Positions 29,979 through 38,471 of a stretch of 64,000 bases of DNA are shown here, piece by piece. Position 1 is the stretch's first letter, and every line of letters starts with the position of its first letter. The translations under genes and the position numbers were made by a program. Origin of the DNA: an uncultured Planctomycetia bacterium. Its GTDB lineage: Bacteria > Omnitrophota > Gorgyraeia > Duberdicusellales > 4484-171. The DNA is taken from NCBI GenBank assembly GCA_964629785.1, contig CAZVRU010000002.1, positions 34,861-98,860 of the forward strand, given 5' to 3'. The notes under the pieces were generated by a model. It saw nothing but the letters and a program-made list of their open reading frames with translations. It did no database searches and was not told where the DNA came from.

Positions 29979-31004
29979 ATGGAAGAAAAACGAATCATCG
30001 ATTTTTCCCGGGAAAATGAGGAAGAGAAGGTTTTATATCTCTCTCTGCGTCCTCATACTTTTGCCGAGTTTATCGGCCAGCCCCATGTAGTACAGCCCCT
30101 GGCAGTGGCAGTAACTGCTGCCCAGAAACGCCAGGAGCCGCTGGAACATGTTCTTCTTTCCGGCCCTCCCGGCCTGGGTAAGACTTCTCTGGCTTATTGT
30201 ATCGCTCAGGAAATGGGAACGAAAATGGTTTCTACCAGCGGCCCGGCTATCGAAAGGCCCGGTGATCTGGTGGGTATCCTTACTAACCTGGAAAAGGGTG
30301 ACATCCTGTTCATCGATGAAATACACCGTCTTTCCCGTGTGGTCGAGGAATTCCTTTATCCGGCCATGGAGAATTACCAGATCGATTTTGTCATCGATAA
30401 AGGCCCCTATGCCAAAAGTATAAAATTCCAGCTTAAACCGTTCACTCTGATCGGTGCGACGACCCGTAAGGGATTGCTGAGCGCGCCGCTGCGGGGAAGA
30501 TTCGGATTATTCTATGATTTTGATTTTTATGAGGCCCGGGAGCTTGTGGCCGTGGTCAAGCGCAGCGCTGCTTTGCTGGAAATACCCATTGATGAAGAAA
30601 GCTGTTATCAGATATCCCTGCGGTCCCGTGGCACTCCCCGCCTTTGCAACCGTCTGCTGAGACGGGTGCGTGATTATGCCCAGGTCGAAGGTAACGGGAC
30701 CATTACCCCTGAGATCACTCAGCGAGCCTGCGATAATGTCCGGATAGACGCCCAGGGCATGGATGAGCTGGACCGCAGATACCTGCGGACGATAATCGAG
30801 ATCCATGGCGGAGGTCCGGCAGGCATCGAAGCGATCGCCGCTTCTCTGGGAGAGGAACGGGATACGCTGGAAGATGTGGTCGAGCCCTATCTCCTGAAAA
30901 GAGGTTTTATCCGTAGAACTCCCCGCGGCCGGGAGGTTACCGAGTCTTCCTATAAGCACCTGGCGATCTGCCCTCCCGGAGAAACTCAGGAAAAAATATT
31001 CTGA
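29979..31004 (+). CDS. ruvB: Holliday junction branch migration helicase RuvB
   Basis: LRP..F..FIGQ, GPPGLGKT, FIDEIHR, SRGTPR, RTPRGR. Start at ATG 29979. Confidence 0.96.
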   Translation: MEEKRIIDFSRENEEEKVLYLSLRPHTFAEFIGQPHVVQPLAVAVTAAQKRQEPLEHVLLSGPPGLGKTSLAYCIAQEMGTKMVSTSGPAIERPGDLVGILTNLEKGDILFIDEIHRLSRVVEEFLYPAMENYQIDFVIDKGPYAKSIKFQLKPFTLIGATTRKGLLSAPLRGRFGLFYDFDFYEARELVAVVKRSAALLEIPIDEESCYQISLRSRGTPRLCNRLLRRVRDYAQVEGNGTITPEITQRACDNVRIDAQGMDELDRRYLRTIIEIHGGGPAGIEAIAASLGEERDTLEDVVEPYLLKRGFIRRTPRGREVTESSYKHLAICPPGETQEKIF

Positions 31005-31028
31005 TTGCAGGATGGACCAGGTGGCTTT

Positions 31029-31262
31029 ATGCCGGAAATGAGTTCATACATGGGAAAGTTTTTTATTTTTCTGGGGGTTTTATTGGTGCTGGCCGGTGTT
31101 TTACTCATTGCCGGGCCTGATATTAAATTTCCTTTTCCGGGCAGGCTGCCCGGCGATATTATTATAAAAAAAGATAATTTCACTTTTTATTTTCCGCTGA
31201 CGACGTCATTGCTGATAAGTATCCTGATCTCGGCAGTATTTTATCTGATAAACAGGAAGTAA
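31029..31262 (+). CDS. DUF2905 family membrane protein
   Basis: GRLPGDI...FYFPLTTSLLIS; usual position between ruvB and queA/tgt. Confidence 0.82.
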   Translation: MPEMSSYMGKFFIFLGVLLVLAGVLLIAGPDIKFPFPGRLPGDIIIKKDNFTFYFPLTTSLLISILISAVFYLINRK

Positions 31263-31280
31263 TGTCTGAATATTCGAAAA

Positions 31281-31405
31281 AGTAGCGAGTAGCAGGTAGA
31301 GAGTAGAGAGAAGGGGAAGGGATATTTACATCTTGATGTTCGATGATTTTCAGGAAAATTGCAATCTGTATTTTTCTCGCTACTTGCTACTCTCTACTCG
31401 CTACT
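31281..31405. repeat. Inverted pair of imperfect heptamer arrays (AGTAGVR)n ... (complement)n
   Basis: Left 31281-31310 agtagcg agtagca ggtagag agtagag; right 31376-31405 ctcg ctacttg ctactct ctactcg ctact; 65-nt spacer. Confidence 0.8.
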
Positions 31406-31414
31406 GGGATAAGC

Positions 31415-32533
31415 ATGTTCAAAGTACTGAAGAATGATAAAAAGACTAAAGCACGGCTGGGGAAATTCACCACGCCGCACGGCGAAGTGTCTACTCCGGC
31501 TTTTTTCCCCGTGGCTACTCAGGCGGCCATTAAAGGCATGTCGACCAGACAGCTGAAAGAGATCGGCCCTCAGGGAATACTGGTAAATGCTTATCATCTT
31601 AATCTGCGGCCCGGCACCGAGATCATAAAAGCTGCCGGAGGATTGCATTCCTTTATGGGTTTTGACCGGACAATCGTCAGCGACAGCGGCGGTTATCAGG
31701 TTTTCAGTCTGGAGGGGCTGCGCAAAGTATCGTCAGAGGGAGTCGAGTTTCAATCTCATCTGGACGGAAGCAGGATATTCCTTACTCCGGAAGAAGTAGT
31801 CCGGATCCAGCTTGATCTGGGGACTGATGTGGTGCTGCCTCTCGATGAATGCGTTAAATATCCAACGTCCCGCGATTATGCGGTCCTGGCAGTGGACAGG
31901 ACAGTGGAATGGGCCCGGAAGTCGGTTTCTTTTTTCCGCGCTTCAGACAGTAAGTCGTTGTTTTTTGCCATAAGCCAGGGAGCCACTTATTCTGAGCTGA
32001 GGCAGGAATGTCTAGAGCGGCTATGTGAACTGGATATTGACGGCATTGCCGTGGGGGGATTGAGCGTCGGCGAGCCGGAAGGTCTGCGTTACGAAATGCT
32101 TTCTTTGACTACCGACAGGCTGCGAACCGGGAAAAAAGACTGTCTGGTTTATTTTATGGGTTATGGAAAGCCGCGCGATATTCTGGAAGCAGTAGAGCTG
32201 GGCGCCGATATGTTCGATTGCGTGGTGCCGACCCGTTACGGACGTACCGGCACTGCCTTTACTTCCCGCGGCAAACTGGTCGTGAGGAACGCCGAATTTG
32301 CCCGCGATTTTTCGCCTCTTGATGAGAATTGCCAGTGTTTTGTCTGCCAGAACTACAGCCGCGCCTATCTGCGGCATTTGATCAATGCCCGGGAGATAGC
32401 CGGTGCCGAAATGCTTACTTACCATAATCTCTGGTGGTATAAGAATTTTATCCGCTCTCTGCGCCGGGCCATCGAAGAAGACCGTTTTTCTGAATTCAAA
32501 AAAGAATTTCTTTCTGCCTATAAAGAAGATTAG
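31415..32533 (+). CDS. tgt: tRNA-guanine transglycosylase
   Basis: ARLGKFTTPHG, DSGGYQVFSL, GGLSVGE, DMFDCVVPTR, CQCFVC..H Zn site. Start at ATG 31415. Confidence 0.95.
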   Translation: MFKVLKNDKKTKARLGKFTTPHGEVSTPAFFPVATQAAIKGMSTRQLKEIGPQGILVNAYHLNLRPGTEIIKAAGGLHSFMGFDRTIVSDSGGYQVFSLEGLRKVSSEGVEFQSHLDGSRIFLTPEEVVRIQLDLGTDVVLPLDECVKYPTSRDYAVLAVDRTVEWARKSVSFFRASDSKSLFFAISQGATYSELRQECLERLCELDIDGIAVGGLSVGEPEGLRYEMLSLTTDRLRTGKKDCLVYFMGYGKPRDILEAVELGADMFDCVVPTRYGRTGTAFTSRGKLVVRNAEFARDFSPLDENCQCFVCQNYSRAYLRHLINAREIAGAEMLTYHNLWWYKNFIRSLRRAIEEDRFSEFKKEFLSAYKED

Positions 32534-32642
32534 GCGGATCTTCTGACAGATAAATGCTTGGAAACAACCGGATAAAAAGAGTATAATTTTATGAGCTATG
32601 AGTATCCTTTATGGTAATTGTTGAACTTAACCTGTTTCTATT

Positions 32643-33362
32643 ATGCTGATCGATGTATTGACGATTTTTCCGGGTATGTTCGAACCGGTAATGAACGAGA
32701 CGCTGATCAAGCGGGCTCAGGCAAAAGGGCTTCTTAAAGTCAATGTCCATGACCTGCGCGCTTACAGCGACGATTCTCACCGCAAGGTCGACGCCCCTCC
32801 TTACGGGGGAGGGCAGGGCATGGTCTTTTCGCCTCAGCCGGTGTTCAAAGCAGTGGAATCCCTGCTGGGCTATCCGGTCTATCCGGCGGCCGGAAAAGAT
32901 CCGGCCAAGCGGATAATCCTTTTTTCTCCCCAGGGCCGGCAAATGAACCAGAAAATGCTTCGCCAATACCTTGCCTATGAGAGGCTTATCCTTATCGCTC
33001 CCCGTTACGAAGGGATCGATGAACGGGTCCGCCGCTATTGCGCCGAAGAAGAAATTTCCCTGGGCGATTATATCCTGAGCGGAGCCGAGTTGGCCGGGAT
33101 GGTATTTATTGATTGTCTGACCAGGCTTATACCGGGAGTCGTTTCCAGTCCCGATTCGATCGTTCAGGAAAGTTTCGAGAACGGTCTGCTGGATTATCCC
33201 GTGTATACCAGACCTCAGGATTTCCGCGGCCTGAAAGTGCCGGATGAACTGATGTCCGGTGACCATAAAAAGATCGAAGAGTGGCGGAAAAGAAAAGCCG
33301 AGGAAATCACCCGTTGTCAGCGTCCTGATCTCTGGGAGAAATATGACAAAAGGGGGCTCTAG
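32643..33362 (+). CDS. trmD: tRNA (guanine-N1)-methyltransferase
   Basis: VDAPPYGGGQGMV, RYEGIDERV, SLGDYILSG, YTRP, LMSGDH. Confidence 0.96.
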   Translation: MLIDVLTIFPGMFEPVMNETLIKRAQAKGLLKVNVHDLRAYSDDSHRKVDAPPYGGGQGMVFSPQPVFKAVESLLGYPVYPAAGKDPAKRIILFSPQGRQMNQKMLRQYLAYERLILIAPRYEGIDERVRRYCAEEEISLGDYILSGAELAGMVFIDCLTRLIPGVVSSPDSIVQESFENGLLDYPVYTRPQDFRGLKVPDELMSGDHKKIEEWRKRKAEEITRCQRPDLWEKYDKRGL

Positions 33363-33476
33363 TCGGGCCGGACCTTTTTAAAACTTCTTCTTTTAAAATT
33401 CAAAAAATAGGGTACAATATAAAGTTATTTATATAAGGCGCAGAATAATTTTCCCTGCAATGACGAACAGGAGGAG

Positions 33477-33827
33477 ATGATGAAGAAATTAACCGAGATC
33501 GAACAAGAGATGATGGATGCCATGAAAAAAGACCTTCCCGAGTTTAATTCCGGGGATATTATCAAGGTCTATTATCAGATCAAGGAAAAAGACAAGGTCA
33601 GGATCCATCCCATAGAAGGGATCGTGATCAAGACCCAGGGGCAGCGCCACCGCCGGACCTTTACCCTGCGCCGTATCAGTTACGGCGAAGCGTTCGAGGT
33701 GACCTTTCCTTTTTATACTCCTTTGATCAGCAAGATCGAAGTGGTGAAGCCATCGCGCAAGCGCCCGCGTCGCAAGCGGCTTTATTATCTGCGCGGCCGG
33801 GTAGGCAAAAAGGCAATGATCGCCTGA
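33477..33827 (+). CDS. rplS: 50S ribosomal protein L19
   Basis: PEFNSGD, IKEKDKVR, TFTLRRIS, RRKRLYYLR; follows trmD. Start may be 33480. Confidence 0.93.
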   Translation: MMKKLTEIEQEMMDAMKKDLPEFNSGDIIKVYYQIKEKDKVRIHPIEGIVIKTQGQRHRRTFTLRRISYGEAFEVTFPFYTPLISKIEVVKPSRKRPRRKRLYYLRGRVGKKAMIA

Positions 33828-33879
33828 TCTTTTTATCGTTGAGGTGTCAGGACAGGCCTTTGCCGGATGAAAACGATGA

Positions 33880-34494
33880 ATGAAGAATAATCCCGGATCG
33901 GCAATCCACAATCAGTCCGCGGTCGGCCGCAGTATCGTCGGGTTGGACGAGGCTGGCCGGGGTCCCTTGTGCGGTCCGGTTGTTGCCTGTGCCTATATGT
34001 TTACCGAGGATGATCCTGACCTGCCGGTAAAAGATTCAAAAAAACTGAATCCCCTCAAACGGCCGGAGCTCTTTGAGAGACTTCTGGATAAAGGTGTTTT
34101 TTCCCTGGGCCTGGCCACAGCGCAGGAGATCGACCGTATCAATATACTGCAGGCCACGATGCGTGCTTTTAACCGGGCAATAAAAAAACTCATCGATTTT
34201 TATCCTGCGGCTCAACAGGCGACATTTATCGTCGACGGCAATTATTTCCGTACTGATCTGGATATAAATTACCGCTGCCAGGAAAAGGCCGATGACACGG
34301 TCCGGGAAGTATCGTCGGCATCGATCATCGCTAAAGTATTCCGCGACCACCTGATGGGCGTATTGGACTGTCTTTATCCAGAATGGCAGTTTTTCCGGCA
34401 TAAAGGTTATCCGACCAGATTTCACCGCGAAATGGTGGATAAAGGAGGGCTGACCCCTTTTCACCGGAAGACATTTTGTTCCGGCCATGAATAA
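33880..34494 (+). CDS. rnhB: Ribonuclease HII
   Basis: GLDEAGRGPLCGPV, KDSKKL, IDRINILQA, VDGN, ASIIAKV, HKGY. Confidence 0.94.
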   Translation: MKNNPGSAIHNQSAVGRSIVGLDEAGRGPLCGPVVACAYMFTEDDPDLPVKDSKKLNPLKRPELFERLLDKGVFSLGLATAQEIDRINILQATMRAFNRAIKKLIDFYPAAQQATFIVDGNYFRTDLDINYRCQEKADDTVREVSSASIIAKVFRDHLMGVLDCLYPEWQFFRHKGYPTRFHREMVDKGGLTPFHRKTFCSGHE

Positions 34495-34840
34495 AGGTGC
34501 CTGGTACGAACAAAAAGCCAGAGAACTGCTCGGCTATAAGCATTACGCGATTATTGCCAGTAATTTTCGGACACGGTTCGGTGAAATAGACATTATTGCC
34601 CGGCAGGGGAAAGAGATCGTTTTTGTCGAAGTAAAGGCCCGTAGCGCCGGATGCGGATATGCCCCGGAAGAAGCAGTTACCGGGGACAAAAGAGATAAAC
34701 TGCTGGCAGCGGCTAAAGTTTACAGCAGTCAGAAGCCCGACGCGGCCTACCGTTTCGATGTGATAAGCATTGTGCAGGGCAGGCAATGGAGGATATATCG
34801 TCTTATACAAAACGCTTTCAGTGCCGATGAAAAATTATAG
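34487..34840 (+). CDS. YraN (UPF0102) family putative endonuclease
   Basis: GEIDIIA, VFVEVKAR, RFDVI; follows rnhB. Confidence 0.9.
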   Translation: MNKGAWYEQKARELLGYKHYAIIASNFRTRFGEIDIIARQGKEIVFVEVKARSAGCGYAPEEAVTGDKRDKLLAAAKVYSSQKPDAAYRFDVISIVQGRQWRIYRLIQNAFSADEKL

Positions 34841-35354
34841 GAGTCATTTCAGAACTTATCTTGACGACCTTGCGGCACGCCGGCCGCATCCGGGAGGCGG
34901 CAGTTGTGCGGCTCTTGCCTTTTGTGCCGGCATTTCCCTTATCGAAATGGCTCTTGCCTATAGCAAACTAATCCCTGCCAGCGAGAAAAAGTTTTTTGAA
35001 AAGGCGAAAAGCCGTGTATTCCCGTTTATCGACAAGGACGGCGAAATATTTGCCGCGTTGATGAAAGAGAAAAAAGCGGGGAAAAAGAAGGTCCTGCTGG
35101 GCCGGGCCCAGAAAATGATCTGTCAACTGGGCTGTCTTTGCGATGAGGCGCTTGCCCGGGCCCGCAAGATTTGTCCGAAAATAAATAAGGGATTGAACAG
35201 CGATTTTTATCTGGGCCTGAAATTTCTGGAAAGCGCCCTTTATGCTTCGCTTCTGAACCTGGAAGCTAATGAAAAATTGTTCGCTGTTGACAACCGCTGT
35301 CATATCCGGCAGTTAAAAACGGTTATGAGGAAGTACAAAGCATGGCTGAAATAG
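34827..35354 (+). CDS. fchA: FTCD-C family cyclodeaminase/cyclohydrolase, probable methenyl-THF cyclohydrolase
   Basis: YLDDLAARRPHPGGGS..A, DKDGEIF, N..LNSD; overlaps folD. Start at ATG 34827. Confidence 0.75.
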   Translation: MKNYRSHFRTYLDDLAARRPHPGGGSCAALAFCAGISLIEMALAYSKLIPASEKKFFEKAKSRVFPFIDKDGEIFAALMKEKKAGKKKVLLGRAQKMICQLGCLCDEALARARKICPKINKGLNSDFYLGLKFLESALYASLLNLEANEKLFAVDNRCHIRQLKTVMRKYKAWLK

Positions 35355-36187
35355 GCACGGCCCGATCTCTGGCGAAAAATATTCTGGCCCGTCTGAAAAG
35401 AAAACGAAGAGCCGCGGGGCCGTGCGCCCTGGCTTCTCTCCATGTGGGCAATGACCCGGCCACTGATGTCTATGTGTCCTCTCAGATGAAAACAGCCCGC
35501 GAACTGGACATCGAATATGAATTATACCGCTTTCCCCGGACCGTTTCGGCCCGCACTCTTGGCCGTTGTCTGGATGAACTTAATGCTTCAAAAAAAATAA
35601 AGGGGATCATCGTCCATCATCCTCTTCCCAAAGGTATCGATTGCGGCAAACTCTATTCCCGTATTTTTCCGGTTAAGGACGTGGAAGGGGTTTCGCCGGA
35701 AAATCTGGGACGCATCCTTATCGGCGCGCCGCGCTTTATACCGCCTACTGTTTTGAGCGTGCTTTGTTTCCTGGAAAAGAGCGGAATCGATCTTTACGGA
35801 AAAGAAACGGTTATCGTCGGATTCAGCCCGCACATCGGCAGGCCGTTATGCCTTATTCTGGGTAATCGTTTTTCCACGGTCACGGTCACTCATATCGCTA
35901 CTTACGAAAAAAAACGTCTTCCGGCTCATCTGGCCCGGGCCGACATAGTGGTATCCTGCGTGGGCAAACCGCATCTGATCAAAGGAGCCTGGATAAAAAA
36001 AGGCGCGGTGGTTATCGACGTGGGCATATCGCGGCAGCGGGGGAGTATAGTCGGCGATGTAGAATTCGATAAGGCCGCTGAAAAAGCGTCCTATATTACT
36101 CCGGTACCCGGCGGAGTGGGAGCATTGACAACATTGTTTTTATTCGAAAATCTGCTTAAAACAGGGATTGTAAATGACCGAAAATAA
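35342..36187 (+). CDS. folD: Methylenetetrahydrofolate dehydrogenase (FolD family, probably monofunctional)
   Basis: KDVEG, ADIVVSCVGKP, VIDVGI, VGDV, ITPVPGGVG. Confidence 0.9.
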   Translation: MAEIGTARSLAKNILARLKRKRRAAGPCALASLHVGNDPATDVYVSSQMKTARELDIEYELYRFPRTVSARTLGRCLDELNASKKIKGIIVHHPLPKGIDCGKLYSRIFPVKDVEGVSPENLGRILIGAPRFIPPTVLSVLCFLEKSGIDLYGKETVIVGFSPHIGRPLCLILGNRFSTVTVTHIATYEKKRLPAHLARADIVVSCVGKPHLIKGAWIKKGAVVIDVGISRQRGSIVGDVEFDKAAEKASYITPVPGGVGALTTLFLFENLLKTGIVNDRK

Positions 36188-37154
36188 AAAAGCACATATC
36201 TGCGTGATCGGCGGAGGGCGGGCCGGCCTGGCTTTGATCAGTGAGCTGCGTCGCCAGGGAAGCGATGCCCGGCTGACGCTTATCGACAAAAAACAGTATT
36301 TCTGCGACCATGAAGATCTCTGGCCGTTGCTGTTTAAAAAAGATATAAAAAAAGTGGTCGATCTGAACCGTTTTGCCGAAGCCCGGCAGGTATCTTTTGT
36401 CCGGGCCGAAGTGGACCGGATAAATTTCAATAAAAAGATCGTTTACTGCAAGGATAAAAGTTCTTATAGCGCGGACAAAATCGTCGTCTGCTGCGGTCTG
36501 GTTTCCCGTGATCTCGATTTGAAAGGTGATCACCGCGAAGGGTTTTTTTATTTTTCCGATATCGATTTTTTCGCCCTGCGCGATCATCTTTCCTGGGTAG
36601 AGGACATCGTGGTCTATGCCGGAACATTTATCGGCCTGCGCGCGGCCTTCTACCTTTCCTATTTCAAAAAGGAACTTAAATTGCTGGTCCCGGCCTCTGA
36701 TTTTCTCGGCAGTCGCACGGCGCGGGTACTTTCCCTTCTCCGCGAAAAAAAGATCGATGTTTATGAAAATGCCGCGATCACCGAGATCGTGGGGGAGAAA
36801 GCGGTGAAAGCCGTTAAGACTTCCCTGCCCAAGGTGTTTTCGGCTCAGCTGGTGTGCGTGGACAGCGGTTACTGCCCCAGTTCCCGTATTCTTGACTTGG
36901 AGTGCTGCGCCGGAACCCATAAAACTTCCTATGAAGGCGTATTTGTTATCGGTGATCAACGTTTGCCGGATTCGCCGTCGGAAAATTTTTATCTGGGGCA
37001 CAGCGTTCAGGCAGAGCAGGAAGGGGAAGGCCTGGCCCGTATTTTCGCCGGTCAGCAGGAGACCCTGCCGCCCCGCCGTGATCTGCTGCCGGAAGAAATC
37101 GATAAGTTTATTGAACAGGAACTGCGTGTTGACCGTCAGATGTCGGTGGTCTGA
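36174..37154 (+). CDS. Divergent FAD-dependent pyridine nucleotide-disulfide oxidoreductase-like protein
   Basis: VIGGGRAG, LTLIDKK, TS..GVFVIGD; second dinucleotide motif degenerate (VYAGTFIG). Confidence 0.7.
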   Translation: MTENKKAHICVIGGGRAGLALISELRRQGSDARLTLIDKKQYFCDHEDLWPLLFKKDIKKVVDLNRFAEARQVSFVRAEVDRINFNKKIVYCKDKSSYSADKIVVCCGLVSRDLDLKGDHREGFFYFSDIDFFALRDHLSWVEDIVVYAGTFIGLRAAFYLSYFKKELKLLVPASDFLGSRTARVLSLLREKKIDVYENAAITEIVGEKAVKAVKTSLPKVFSAQLVCVDSGYCPSSRILDLECCAGTHKTSYEGVFVIGDQRLPDSPSENFYLGHSVQAEQEGEGLARIFAGQQETLPPRRDLLPEEIDKFIEQELRVDRQMSVV

Positions 37155-37207
37155 TTGCTGACAGCGCAGGATATAGCGCGTATTCGTATTAAAGACAGGA
37201 GGTTAGT

Positions 37208-38368
37208 ATGGCTGAATGGATAGGTAAAGGAAAACGTGCCCGGAGATGTTACGGCTTCGATGAGATAGCTCTGGTCCCCGGGAAGGTGACGGTAAATCCC
37301 GAAGAGGTGGATTCTTCCTGGGATTTTAACGGTAAAAAATTCGATGTGCCGATCCTGGCTGCGGCCATGGACGGTGTGGTCGATGTAAAGTTCGCCGTGG
37401 AGATGTCCCGTCTGGGGGGTATGGCCGTGCTTAACCTCGACGGTGTTCAGACCCGCTATGAAAATCCGGAAGAAGTTCTGGAGGATATAGCCAATGCCAC
37501 GCCGGAAGAGGCGACCAATCTTATTCAGAAAGTCTATACTACCCCGATTAAAGAAAAATTGATCCCGATCCGGGTGGAACAGATAAAGTCAAAGGGCGGT
37601 TATGCTGCGGTAAGTTGTATTCCGCAAAACGCCGAAAAATTTGCGGCTATGGCCGAAGATGCCGGTGCCGACTGTTTTGTTGTCCAGTCCACGGTAACCA
37701 CTGCCCGCCACCTTTCCCGGAAATACAAGCCGCTCGATCTTTATAAATTCTGCGAACAGCGAAAGATACCGGTAGTGATCGGCAACTGCGTCACCTATGA
37801 AGTGACCCTTGATCTTATGGAAACCGGCTGCGCTGCAGTCCTGGTCGGCGTAGGACCCGGCGCTGCCTGCACGACCCGCGGTGTTCTGGGTATCGGCGTG
37901 CCTCAGGTCACCACGACCATCGATTGCGCGGCTGCCCGTGATTTTTATTTTCAGAAAACAGGAAAATACGTATCGATAATCACTGACGGCGGTATGCGCA
38001 CCGGCGGTGATGTCTGTAAAGCTTTTTCCTGCGGCGCCGACAGCGTAATGATCGGTTCGCCCTTTGCCCGGGCCAAAGAGTCTCCGGCAGCCGGATATCA
38101 CTGGGGCATGGCGACTTCTCATTCCAACCTGCCGCGCGGCACGCGGATCAGGGTCGGAGTAAGCGGTACGCTGGAGCAGATCCTTTTTGGTCCGGCGACT
38201 GTCGATGACGGATCGCAGAACCTGGTGGGCGCTCTGGCAACCAGCATGGGGACCCTGGGCGCGAGCAATATAAAGGAAATGCATTACGTGGAAGTGATCA
38301 TCGCTCCTTCGATCCAGACCGAAGGAAAACTTTTTCAGGTGGTCCAGAAAGTCGGCATGGGCAAATAG
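37208..38368 (+). CDS. guaB: GuaB3-family IMP dehydrogenase
   Basis: YGFDEIALVP, AAMDGVVD, GVGPGAACTTR (catalytic Cys), DGGM, HWGMAT, LPRGTRI; no CBS domain; upstream of guaA. Confidence 0.9.
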   Translation: MAEWIGKGKRARRCYGFDEIALVPGKVTVNPEEVDSSWDFNGKKFDVPILAAAMDGVVDVKFAVEMSRLGGMAVLNLDGVQTRYENPEEVLEDIANATPEEATNLIQKVYTTPIKEKLIPIRVEQIKSKGGYAAVSCIPQNAEKFAAMAEDAGADCFVVQSTVTTARHLSRKYKPLDLYKFCEQRKIPVVIGNCVTYEVTLDLMETGCAAVLVGVGPGAACTTRGVLGIGVPQVTTTIDCAAARDFYFQKTGKYVSIITDGGMRTGGDVCKAFSCGADSVMIGSPFARAKESPAAGYHWGMATSHSNLPRGTRIRVGVSGTLEQILFGPATVDDGSQNLVGALATSMGTLGASNIKEMHYVEVIIAPSIQTEGKLFQVVQKVGMGK

Positions 38369-38386
38369 CCGTTTTTACCGTATTTT

Positions 38387-38428
38387 CGCCTTTCCCGGCT
38401 GTTAAACCCCTTAATGCCGGAAAAGGCG
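38387..38428 (+). other. Intergenic stem-loop between guaB and guaA (no U-tract)
   Basis: CGCCTTTCCCGGC...TTAA-ACCCC-TTAA...GCCGGAAAAGGCG. Confidence 0.5.
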
Positions 38429-38471
38429 GTGAAGCGCATCCGGCAGAGTCCGGTGCCGACTGAAACAGATT

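Noticed and set aside
31343-31414. Signal-peptide-like N-terminal extension of Tgt in the ORF track
   Set aside because: It is translation of the heptamer cassette spacer and arm; Tgt homology starts at ATG 31415.
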